Notes: generated by a model not told the origin, from the letters alone. DNA of 20,000 nucleotides from an uncultured virus (IMG/VR IMGVR_UViG_3300028840_003545) (IMGVR_UViG_3300028840_003545), one strand, 5' to 3'; positions 1-7,560 are shown, numbered from the stretch's first letter. A program made the numbers and translations.

Positions 1-761
1 TTAGATACATATGTATGATTATCTCCATGAGTTAGGAGTTTCTTATATTTAGCTTTCTCCCAATCATCATCACTTGTATATGGTTCTGCTCTTCTTGCTA
101 TAGCATAAACCACCCTTCCTCTAAACCAGTATGGAAAGAATAGTCTATTTTTGAAAAAATCTTTTACACCTCCTCCTTTTATTTTTACAAAAAGTCCTGT
201 TTTTAGTATATATTCGTGATCTTCTTCTTCTAGTTCTCTTTTTAGATATTTATATAGTTTTCCGTCAGCCCAACCTAATTGAAGATCGTTTATTGTATCG
301 TCAGTGAATCCATACTTTTGTTTGTAAAATTCGTCTCTTATTTTATTTGGTAGGTTTTTATGATAATAAGCAGTTGCGAGCGTTAGTATATGTTCTACTT
401 TAATACGTTCTTCATAACTACTTGTTTCTTCATCATGAATCTCAGAGTCACTAAAATCTTTTTTTAACCAATAAGGTTCTAGTCCACATCTTTCGGCTAA
501 AATTTCTACTGCTTCACTAAAACTGCATCCTATTTTCTTTTGTATATATTCGAATACATCCCCACCTTCTCCGGTTCCAAAATCAAACCAGCTTTCAGTG
601 TTAGGATATACAGCAAAACTTGGATCTTTATCGTCTCTAAGTGGAGAACAGCATAATAGTACATTACCTTTTCTATTTAATTGAGCATCTTCTTCAACTA
701 TACTTACAATAGAGGTTCTATTTCTAACCTCTTCTACAAAGTCTTTGTAACTAGTATTCAT
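1..761 (-). CDS. dnaG: DnaG-type DNA primase, N-terminal part (runs off the left edge)
   Basis: Not in the ORF track; translated by hand from ATG at 761 (TGATG overlap with the helicase stop): MNTSYKDFVEEVRNRTSIVSIVEE...CCSPLRDDKDPSFAVYPNTESWFDFGTGEGGDVFEYIQKKIGCSFSEAVEILAERCG...LQLGWA...KTGLF...DFFQNRLFFPYW...ARR...KAKYK. This matches the DnaG zinc-binding-domain fold plus the start of the catalytic core. Confidence 0.9.
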   Translation of the reverse strand, partial: MNTSYKDFVEEVRNRTSIVSIVEEDAQLNRKGNVLLCCSPLRDDKDPSFAVYPNTESWFDFGTGEGGDVFEYIQKKIGCSFSEAVEILAERCGLEPYWLKKDFSDSEIHDEETSSYEERIKVEHILTLATAYYHKNLPNKIRDEFYKQKYGFTDDTINDLQLGWADGKLYKYLKRELEEEDHEYILKTGLFVKIKGGGVKDFFKNRLFFPYWFRGRVVYAIARRAEPYTSDDDWEKAKYKKLLTHGDNHTYVS

Positions 762-2173
762 CAGATAATAAACTTTCTTGGCTCTCTGATGTCTAGCCCA
801 ATACTATTAAATATTCTTTTTCTTTGCATCCATCTTGCTAATAGAGTAGGTACTCTAACGTCTACTATATCGTATATAATTGCGCTATTTTTACCCGGAC
901 GCATTACCCTACCAGCTCTTTGTGTTGTTCTTCCTTTGGCTTTACTTGGTAAAGCTAATATTAGTCTACTTAAATTAGGAACATCTAGACCTTCGTCAGC
1001 CAAACTAGTTGCTGTTAGACATTGAATTTCACCAGTTCTAAATTTATCTAATATTGGTTTTCTTAGTTTCTTTTTAGTTTTACCAGTTAATGAAGTACAT
1101 TTAATTCCTTTTTTTGATATTTCTTCTGCTAAAAAGTAGCAATGTTCTACTCTGTTTGATAATACTAATATACTTTCACCTTTTCTAGCTTCTCTATTAG
1201 CTAATTCAATTATAATACTATTTCTCCATTCGTCAGTAATTAAAGCTCCAGTCATTTTATGAACATATTCTGTACTACTAGCCGATTCCCCAAACATTTG
1301 AGAGAATGTAAAATCTGTTTCTATAGGCACAACAGATGCGTGCATTAAAAATCCATCTTCTATAAGCTTGTCCGTTGGATAATTAAATAGTTGAGTACCT
1401 AAAGACCAATACATTAAATTAGTTAGTCCATCTTCTCTATCTGGTGTGGCTGTTAGTCCAAATCTATATTTTGCTGGCAAATGTGGTAATATTTTTTGAA
1501 ACGTATTAGCTGGAACATGATGAGATTCGTCTACTATCACTATCCCAAATCTTGTAAAAAGTTTGATATTATCTTTATTTTTTAATACATTTTCAATTGA
1601 ATCTACTATAGCTACAGTAACATCTTGTATATCTACTATACCGTCTCCAATTTGACCTGCTTTTATTCCTATTTTTTTTAATGATTCAAGCCATTGATCT
1701 CTTAGGTCTTTAGTATGAACTACTATTAAGGCAGTTCTTTTCATTTTACCTATAATGGATACACCAATAAATGTTTTACCTCCACCACAAGGTAATACTA
1801 TAACTCCTTGCACTCTTTTTATAGCTGATTGCTGTGCATTTCTTTGATATTCTCTTAGACCTAAAGCGGCCTTACATTTTATTGGTTTACCAGTTGTTCT
1901 TCCATCTATAATTTGTACTATTATATCATGTTTATCTAGAATATTTCTTATAATATTAACTGCACCTCTAGGAGCGTGCGCATATCCTATTTTATCTGGT
2001 TTTACACAATATATTCGTTTTGGTATATGATCCACATTACCACTTGAACTAAATCTTTTGGCTGCTATATAATAGGGATTTACGAAGCTTAACGCTTCTC
2101 TAAGTTCATGAAATACAGGCTCTGGCAAACCTTTAATTATTATTTCGCCAGATACTAATGCTTTTACTTGCAT
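761..2173 (-). CDS. Superfamily 2 DExH helicase (ResIII/UvsW/XPB-like)
   Basis: Q motif LREYQ, Walker A LPCGGGKT, motif II DESH, motif III TATP, motif V EGLD, motif VI QRAGR. Confidence 0.93.
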   Translation of the reverse strand: MQVKALVSGEIIIKGLPEPVFHELREALSFVNPYYIAAKRFSSSGNVDHIPKRIYCVKPDKIGYAHAPRGAVNIIRNILDKHDIIVQIIDGRTTGKPIKCKAALGLREYQRNAQQSAIKRVQGVIVLPCGGGKTFIGVSIIGKMKRTALIVVHTKDLRDQWLESLKKIGIKAGQIGDGIVDIQDVTVAIVDSIENVLKNKDNIKLFTRFGIVIVDESHHVPANTFQKILPHLPAKYRFGLTATPDREDGLTNLMYWSLGTQLFNYPTDKLIEDGFLMHASVVPIETDFTFSQMFGESASSTEYVHKMTGALITDEWRNSIIIELANREARKGESILVLSNRVEHCYFLAEEISKKGIKCTSLTGKTKKKLRKPILDKFRTGEIQCLTATSLADEGLDVPNLSRLILALPSKAKGRTTQRAGRVMRPGKNSAIIYDIVDVRVPTLLARWMQRKRIFNSIGLDIREPRKFII

Positions 2174-2189
2174 GATCTTTAGACTGATA

Positions 2190-2209
2190 CGCCCCGATAG
2201 TACGGGGCG
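2190..2209. other. GC-rich hairpin between the SSB and helicase genes
   Basis: CGCCCCG-atagta-CGGGGCG, a perfect 7-bp stem with no U tract on the minus strand. May be an mRNA stabiliser, processing site or weak terminator. Confidence 0.55.
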
Positions 2210-2240
2210 CTAAATGATTTCAATTATTTATTTAGACAAA

Positions 2241-3044
2241 TCAGGCAAATGGATCATCTTCATCTTCATCATCATCGACCTTATCTTTATTTTCAAGTTT
2301 GTCTATGAAAGCTACAGCACTTTTAAGCTGATCTTCTTTAAGGTCTTTAATCTTCTTTATTCCAAATTCTTTTAGGAATTCAGTAAGCTCTTCTCTTGGT
2401 CTTAGTTTTAGTCTTTTGACTATATCTTGAGCATCGTCACTATCTATAGGTGAATCGTTTTTTCTTTTATTACTGTTGGATGATTTAGATTTTCTTTCTT
2501 TTTTATCGTCATCATTGTCATCATCGTCATCATCGTCATCATCATTATTTCTACCAGTAAGATCGAAAAGCTCTAGCTCAGAGAGCATTTCTTTATCTTC
2601 TTTCGTAAGTCTATCTTCTGGTAGTACGTTTATTTTATATCTTGTCTTAGTGCTTTTAGCCTTACCTTGTCTTTCAATTTCAAACCAATATTTTTCGAAT
2701 CCATATTTTTCATCAGTGGCAACTAGATCATTAAAGAAGTATATACCTTGTTCAAAGATTCTTACCTCTTCAATGTCTTCTTCATCATAACCTTTCTTAA
2801 GTTTAGTGTATTGGGTTTTGACGTAAACGTTTATACTAAACTTAGCTTGTGGTGGGCCTTTTTTACAACGTTTGCAATCTTCTCCTTCACATAGCTCTGT
2901 ACCACCATCCACCCAATGTATTTCTTTACCTTCAGGTTCACCTAAAAAGGCGACCATTATCTTATCGCCGTCATTTTCTAGCTTAATAAACGAACCGCCG
3001 CCTCTAGATTTATCTGCTACTTCTTTAGCACTATCCCAGCCCAT
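2241..3044 (-). CDS. Putative phage single-stranded DNA-binding protein (gp32-like)
   Basis: N-terminal FIKLENDGD, H/C cluster (IHW..LCEGEDCKRC), IERQG..TRY, a long acidic linker and an acidic tail ending DDPFA; SD AGGAG; lies directly upstream of helicase and primase. Confidence 0.7.
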   Translation of the reverse strand: MGWDSAKEVADKSRGGGSFIKLENDGDKIMVAFLGEPEGKEIHWVDGGTELCEGEDCKRCKKGPPQAKFSINVYVKTQYTKLKKGYDEEDIEEVRIFEQGIYFFNDLVATDEKYGFEKYWFEIERQGKAKSTKTRYKINVLPEDRLTKEDKEMLSELELFDLTGRNNDDDDDDDDDNDDDKKERKSKSSNSNKRKNDSPIDSDDAQDIVKRLKLRPREELTEFLKEFGIKKIKDLKEDQLKSAVAFIDKLENKDKVDDDEDEDDPFA

Positions 3045-3096
3045 GGTTTTTCTCCTATAGTTATTTTATGATGCATAGCACCATTGAACTGAACGA

Positions 3097-3126
3097 AGTG
3101 TAACCTGGAACGGTTCCAGGTGTCAA
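3097..3126 (-). promoter_or_regulatory. sigma70-type promoter of the SSB-helicase-primase operon with a palindromic operator in the spacer
   Basis: Minus strand TTGACA (3126-3121), 18 nt, TACACT (3102-3097). The spacer is filled by the perfect dyad ACCTGGAAC-G-GTTCCAGGT (3103-3121). Confidence 0.65.
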
Positions 3127-3459
3127 TCGATGTCAACCTGGGTTACTCATCACAGTTACTATATGCTATGCTAGATACGTACTAGTTATGTTAACTGTGC
3201 GGTAAGTAATGCACTTCTGACATGTGGATCATGTAGCTATATTTGATTGTTCCATGTTTTTAGTGAACATGGAAGAGGTATGATAAAAGGAATCGTCTTT
3301 GTTTGGACGTAATTGACCCTGGGATCGATTTTGGGCTGATTAGTGTATAGGATACTTGAGTCACAATTGGACGCTATATAGCTAGCGAATTGGGGCAGTA
3401 ATTGGCGCAATTGGGTAGCGCTCGGATTAGGGCAGGGGTAGAACGCGTTTTTGAGCCTA

Positions 3460-3487
3460 GGGGTAGGGGGTAGTGTAGGGGCAGGGG
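3460..3487 (+). other. Canonical G-quadruplex-forming motif
   Basis: GGGG-TA-GGGGG-TAGTGTA-GGGG-CA-GGGG inside a G-skewed tract (about 3390-3530). Confidence 0.55.
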
Positions 3488-3550
3488 TGTCGAGCCTTTA
3501 CGGGTCGATTTCAGGGGTAGGACAAGGTAGGATTTATCGAGTGTTAGAAT

Positions 3551-3597
3551 TAAATAATAAAACGGTGGCTTTAGATCTATTTTGCTAAACCACCGTT
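3551..3597 (-). terminator. Second putative intrinsic terminator downstream of the wHTH gene
   Basis: Stem AACGGTGG-c-TTTAG ... CTAAA-CCACCGTT, followed on the minus strand by TTATTATTT. Confidence 0.5.
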
Positions 3598-3623
3598 AAC
3601 TAATTCTATAGACTTAAATGCGG

Positions 3624-3644
3624 AAAGCCCCGCTTTCGCGGGGC
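3624..3644 (-). terminator. Intrinsic terminator of the wHTH gene
   Basis: Minus strand GCCCCGC-GAAA-GCGGGGC-TTT (GNRA tetraloop), about 30 nt after the stop codon. Confidence 0.7.
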
Positions 3645-3675
3645 CTATGTGGTGGGACGTAGTACGATGTAGGTT

Positions 3676-4221
3676 TTATTCTTCGTCGCTCGTGTCGTCG
3701 CTGTCGTCCACATTTTCCACGTTCAGGAAGTAGCGCGTTCCGCGTCGTTCTCCCTCTTTTCTTGCGGTTCCATCGGCGAGCATGGCTTTCGCGATTCGGG
3801 AGACTTCCTTGCTTTCCAGACCACAGGATGCGGCGAGTTGACCCACCGTTTTTCCTTCGCCGTCGAGATGGTCAAGCAATGCTTCCTTTTCTTCATCGCT
3901 GGCTTTCGCCGTGTTGGTAGAAGAACCGGACGAAACAGACTTCTTACGAACCTTCAAGGACTGACAAAGGAACGTGATTTTGTCATCATCGGACGCGGTG
4001 GCGCCCATGGGACCGGCGTCAAACCACTGCAAAAGTTCTGCTGCCTTTTCTTTGCGCGTGCCAAATCCGCTGATTTGCTCTTCGAGTGTCTTGACCGCTT
4101 GCTTCGCCTTTTCTAGGCTTTCGTTCAGCTTCGTAAGCTCCGTTTCGTCATCAATACCCCAACCAACTTCACCATAGAAAACTTCGAGAAATGCGGACTG
4201 TGCTTTGTTAAGCTTCGCCAT
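3676..4221 (-). CDS. DNA-binding protein: N-terminal coiled coil plus C-terminal winged helix-turn-helix (alternative in-frame start at 4257)
   Basis: GGAGG SD before ATG 4221. C-terminal GKTVGQLAASCGLESKEVSRIAKAMLADGTARKEGERRGTRYF has the HTH plus wing pattern. Markedly GC-richer than its neighbours. Confidence 0.75.
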   Translation of the reverse strand: MAKLNKAQSAFLEVFYGEVGWGIDDETELTKLNESLEKAKQAVKTLEEQISGFGTRKEKAAELLQWFDAGPMGATASDDDKITFLCQSLKVRKKSVSSGSSTNTAKASDEEKEALLDHLDGEGKTVGQLAASCGLESKEVSRIAKAMLADGTARKEGERRGTRYFLNVENVDDSDDTSDEE

Positions 4222-4448
4222 GTTGGTTCCTCCGTTGCTGTTCTTACGTGCGCCCATTTTGGTTCCCCTTTTCTTTGGGAACCGTTGTTTCGTTCTGGGT
4301 ATCGGTTCCCGTTGCGTGCATTGGGAAGGTAACTCGGCTCAAAACCGTTGTCCACCCAAATTCGTATCGATATCCAAAAAAAAAATTACATAGGCAAAAA
4401 CGGTTACTTACACATATGGCAATCGGCAACCTAACCGGACACGAACCG

Positions 4449-4474
4449 TTAATTAATTCGAATGGATTAGTTAA
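4449..4474. promoter_or_regulatory. Dyad site A, TTAAYTAAT-N8-ATTAGTTAW
   Basis: TTAATTAAT-tcgaatgg-ATTAGTTAA; same geometry as 4652-4677. Confidence 0.5.
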
Positions 4475-4512
4475 GTTATTGATAGCAAAGATTCTCGAGG
4501 ATTAATGATTTT

Positions 4513-4534
4513 TGGCATATGGATTGCTAACGCG
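4513..4534 (+). promoter_or_regulatory. sigma54-type -24/-12 box, copy 1 of a 22-bp direct repeat
   Basis: TGGCATATGGATTGCTAACGCG: GG-N10-GC with TGGCA and TTGCT. Confidence 0.65.
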
Positions 4535-4589
4535 CGAGCGCTGTGTAAGACAAGGTGCGTGATAATTATGATAGCTGTTTTGCCAATTC

Positions 4590-4611
4590 TGGCATATGGA
4601 TTGCTAACGCG
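4590..4611 (+). promoter_or_regulatory. sigma54-type -24/-12 box, copy 2 of a 22-bp direct repeat
   Basis: Identical 22-mer, 77 bp after copy 1. Confidence 0.65.
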
Positions 4612-4651
4612 TGCGCGTTCCTTTCTCACGTTAGCGAAGTGTAGCAAAACG

Positions 4652-4677
4652 TTAACTAATTGCGTTCGATTAGTTAT
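4652..4677. promoter_or_regulatory. Dyad site B, TTAAYTAAT-N8-ATTAGTTAW
   Basis: TTAACTAAT-tgcgttcg-ATTAGTTAT; the dyad extends outward to AACG...CGTT. Confidence 0.5.
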
Positions 4678-4720
4678 CGTTCGAAAAGAAAATTGAATGG
4701 GAAAGGGATAGTATAGATAT

Positions 4721-5479
4721 CTAAATATCTGACAGACTTTCTATAAGCATATTAAGTTTTTCTTCTAGTTTAACAAGGGTCGGTGCCTTTAAGGTTCCGG
4801 CTCTTATGCTTTTATGCTTCTTAAGGTATGGTCTTATATGTGCCACATAACCTTTAGATGTTTTATTTGATAATTCAAAACCTCTTTTACCAAAAAAATC
4901 AGTACCTTTAGTTAATATTCTAGTACGCAATGTTGTAGCATGTTTGGTTGGTTTAGGCTCACTGATTGAATAAAAGTCATACTTACTTATATTAGCGTCA
5001 CCTGCATCAGAAAATGAATAAAAGCCGCTGCCGGTAACTACTAGATGATCTACTACATCTATACCTATAATTCGACCGGCTTTAACACATTCTTTCGTTA
5101 GGTTAAGGTCTGCTCTACTAGGTTTTAACACGCCAGAAGGGTGGTTATGTGCTACTATTATATATACAGCACCAACGATAATAGCTGCTCTAAATATATC
5201 TCTTATGTGTACACCTAAGTTATTAGCTGTTCCACGAGCTACCTCTGATACGCTTAATACCTTCATTTGAGAGTCTAAACAGATAACATAAAATACCTCT
5301 TGTTCTTCAGAGGTAACTCTCTTTTCTAGTATATCCCAAGCCTCAGACGCTTCTCTAACTTCTCCTAAAACTGGTTTATCAAAAAACTTAGTATCTCTAC
5401 ATATTCTAATCCATTCTGGACCGCTTCTTTCTATCTTACACGAAGATTTAGTATTGCTTTCCAAATTTCTTTTGCCCAT
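4721..5479 (-). CDS. radC: RadC-like JAB/MPN domain protein with a basic C-terminal extension
   Basis: EQEVFYVICLD, RDIFRAAI, HNHPSG..PS..D and DHLVV motifs. Start moved from 5785 to ATG 5479 (AAAGGGA upstream), because the longer ORF is a shadow of the SGNH gene; the exact start is uncertain. Confidence 0.88.
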   Translation of the reverse strand: MGKRNLESNTKSSCKIERSGPEWIRICRDTKFFDKPVLGEVREASEAWDILEKRVTSEEQEVFYVICLDSQMKVLSVSEVARGTANNLGVHIRDIFRAAIIVGAVYIIVAHNHPSGVLKPSRADLNLTKECVKAGRIIGIDVVDHLVVTGSGFYSFSDAGDANISKYDFYSISEPKPTKHATTLRTRILTKGTDFFGKRGFELSNKTSKGYVAHIRPYLKKHKSIRAGTLKAPTLVKLEEKLNMLIESLSDI

Positions 5480-6015
5480 TGTTGATATCCCTTTCCAGAA
5501 GGATGCACTCCATCTGGCAAATTTATGTCTAATTGATCTGATGGAAAGTTTTCTATCCCTGTTTGCAGCAGCTTTTCTCTTACTATATCTATATTTTTCA
5601 TGTTTACTTTTGGTGGCATTATCCAATAAATTCGAGCATTGCCAGCAAGCTTTCTTATTTGTTCTACATATTCTGGTACTTTGTTCGGATCTACGAAGCC
5701 ATAAGCGTCGTTTGTTCCTAAAGATATAAGTATAATAGTCGGTTTGAATTCTTTTACTCCTTGCCACCATGATTCTTTTATCCAATGAGTCATAGCAGTT
5801 CCACCTTTAGACGATACGCCAAAAGGTACGTTTTGTGAATTAGCTATCTCTCTTAAAGGAGTTTTAAGGCCAACAGCTAAACTGTCGCCTATAAGGTAGA
5901 CTCTTTGTTTACTAATATCTATTTTAGGTTTATAGAATATTGCAGTAGCAGTAGCACCTACTCCTGCTACTATCAAAGCTATAGAGCCGTATTTCAGTGT
6001 ATCATTCTTGATCAT
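5431..6015 (-). CDS. SGNH/GDSL hydrolase with an N-terminal membrane anchor
   Basis: IGDSL, GG, LGTND and DGVHP catalytic blocks; hydrophobic IALIVAGVGATATAIF. Start probably ATG 6015. Confidence 0.88.
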   Translation of the reverse strand: MIKNDTLKYGSIALIVAGVGATATAIFYKPKIDISKQRVYLIGDSLAVGLKTPLREIANSQNVPFGVSSKGGTAMTHWIKESWWQGVKEFKPTIILISLGTNDAYGFVDPNKVPEYVEQIRKLAGNARIYWIMPPKVNMKNIDIVREKLLQTGIENFPSDQLDINLPDGVHPSGKGYQQWAKEIWKAILNLRVR

Positions 6016-6799
6016 CTTCCAAAAAATCCAATCCGTCAGATTCACTTTTACCACAGTGATGACATTTAGAGTTTACTTTCTTAAATCTATTACAATGACT
6101 GCACTTGTCTACCTTAAACTGAATGAATGATTGCAAATCCGAAACATCTTGGGCTAGCATTTGTATTTGATCTGTAAAACCTCTAACATGTTTTTCTACA
6201 ACCTTTAAATGTTCACTTGTTGTAGCTGCTTTAGCTAGTAGTACAGCATTGTAAAGTGTGTAATCTACACTTCCTTTTATCCATCCATCTGGAGTAAACA
6301 CTTGTAAAGTAGGCCAACCATGAGCACCTTGTGGACCCTGCGTTTCAAATGACTTTAGCATAGCTTGCAAGGCTTCTTTACAAGCTAGCGTAATAGCTTC
6401 CATCTGATAGAATTTTTTAGTTATACCTCTAAGCTCTTTAACTCTATCTGACGCTATCTCTAATTTGGATTTGGCTATTTCTGTTTCTCTATTTTGTTGA
6501 TTTGCTTTTTCAACTATAGATTGTATCTGATTAGTTTGAGCTAATGTAATACCCATATTAGCCAGTTCAGTAAGAGCTTTCTGTCCTACAATACTAACTA
6601 TAATTTCTTCTTGTGTAGGCTGTCTTTGAGGAGCAGGAGAATTATCCTCTAAATCAGCTTCAGTTATATTCTGAACTGGGGTTGGGGTGGAATTTTTAGA
6701 CTCTTCTGTGGTTGATTCATTTTGCATATTAATATCCTTTTCTTTCTTTTCTTGTTGTTTTTTAGCTCTTCTTACTTTATCTCTGTAACTTTCACTCAT
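6002..6799 (-). CDS. Hypothetical protein, coiled coil with C-terminal zinc finger
   Basis: 265-aa ORF with ATGA coupling; CSHC-x8-CHHC near the C-terminus. Confidence 0.75.
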   Translation of the reverse strand: MSESYRDKVRRAKKQQEKKEKDINMQNESTTEESKNSTPTPVQNITEADLEDNSPAPQRQPTQEEIIVSIVGQKALTELANMGITLAQTNQIQSIVEKANQQNRETEIAKSKLEIASDRVKELRGITKKFYQMEAITLACKEALQAMLKSFETQGPQGAHGWPTLQVFTPDGWIKGSVDYTLYNAVLLAKAATTSEHLKVVEKHVRGFTDQIQMLAQDVSDLQSFIQFKVDKCSHCNRFKKVNSKCHHCGKSESDGLDFLEDDQE

Positions 6800-7560
6800 A
6801 CCGGAAGCCCAACCGTTCTGTTAGCATTTAAAATGCTTTCATAAAACTTCACCCACGTTTGGTCTTGAGCGCTAGCCATTCTAGCAGCTTCTAGTGCAGC
6901 AGTCCATTGTAGTACATTTACTAGTTTTAGTGCTCTATATGCATGTACTAAATTTGCTGCATTTAGATGCATATTGTACACCATGCATGATAGTAACGTA
7001 TTTTCGAATTCTTGAACTATACCAGAAGCTATTTGTTTATATTCTTCATAAGAGAAATTAGTAACTTTAGTTTCTTCTTTAATTTCTATAGGTATACCAA
7101 GAGATCCCATCGGTTGAGCATTTGGCTGATTTACCAATGGTCTATCTGGTTCTACTTCAAATGGAGGCTCATCTTCGTCAGGTTCTGGTTCACGAACTTT
7201 AGTTGCCATTCTTTTGGTGGCTACGTTTGGTGCGTTTCTCTTTTTTCTAGTCTTTTTTTGACCACTTCTTTTTGAACCTGGAAGCAATACCTCTTCCCAT
7301 TGACTTATATCTTTAAGACATAAGCTTCCGTTACCACATTCTTCAGCCCATTCAGAGAATGTCTTGTAATCTGAGAACTTTTCTAGTAAAAATAACCTAA
7401 CCTCTTCAGTGTCTTGAAAACCCCTAAATGGTTGTTCAGGTATAGATTTATATTTAGTTCTACTGTTTGCACCTGGCTTATGATTATTATCATACCCTAC
7501 AACGTAAGCTTTAAATGCTCCGCCAGGAGTTTCTGCTATGTATAATTTTACTTCTTTCAT
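6796..7560 (-). CDS. Hypothetical protein
   Basis: 254-aa ORF, 4-nt stop/start overlaps at both ends. Confidence 0.75.
   Translation of the reverse strand: MKEVKLYIAETPGGAFKAYVVGYDNNHKPGANSRTKYKSIPEQPFRGFQDTEEVRLFLLEKFSDYKTFSEWAEECGNGSLCLKDISQWEEVLLPGSKRSGQKKTRKKRNAPNVATKRMATKVREPEPDEDEPPFEVEPDRPLVNQPNAQPMGSLGIPIEIKEETKVTNFSYEEYKQIASGIVQEFENTLLSCMVYNMHLNAANLVHAYRALKLVNVLQWTAALEAARMASAQDQTWVKFYESILNANRTVGLPV

Noticed and set aside
2501..2550. (TCA/TCG)n trinucleotide run
   Set aside because: Simply encodes the poly-Asp linker of the SSB.
3086..3104. Myxococcus-type LexA box (ending GTTCAG) at the SSB promoter
   Set aside because: Half-site spacing is one base short of the consensus as I recall it; not supportable.
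4376..4385. A10 tract as a phase-variable promoter spacer
   Set aside because: No convincing -35/-10 pair around it, and long A/T runs occur elsewhere in this AT-rich sequence.
4513..4611. Two 22-bp repeats as a mini-CRISPR array
   Set aside because: Only two copies, a 55-bp gap, no cas genes in view; the sigma54 pattern fits better.
4449..4677. The two N8 dyads as a lox/FRT-like recombination pair
   Set aside because: The spacers differ in both orientations (TCGAATGG vs TGCGTTCG) and no recombinase is in the window; kept only as protein-binding dyads.
3045..4720. tRNA or known riboswitch in the long intergenic regions
   Set aside because: No cloverleaf with T-loop and acceptor stem, and no recognisable aptamer core found by eye.
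5480..5785. N-terminal 100 aa of the 354-aa RadC ORF
   Set aside because: Lies wholly inside the SGNH gene in another frame and reads as non-protein-like.
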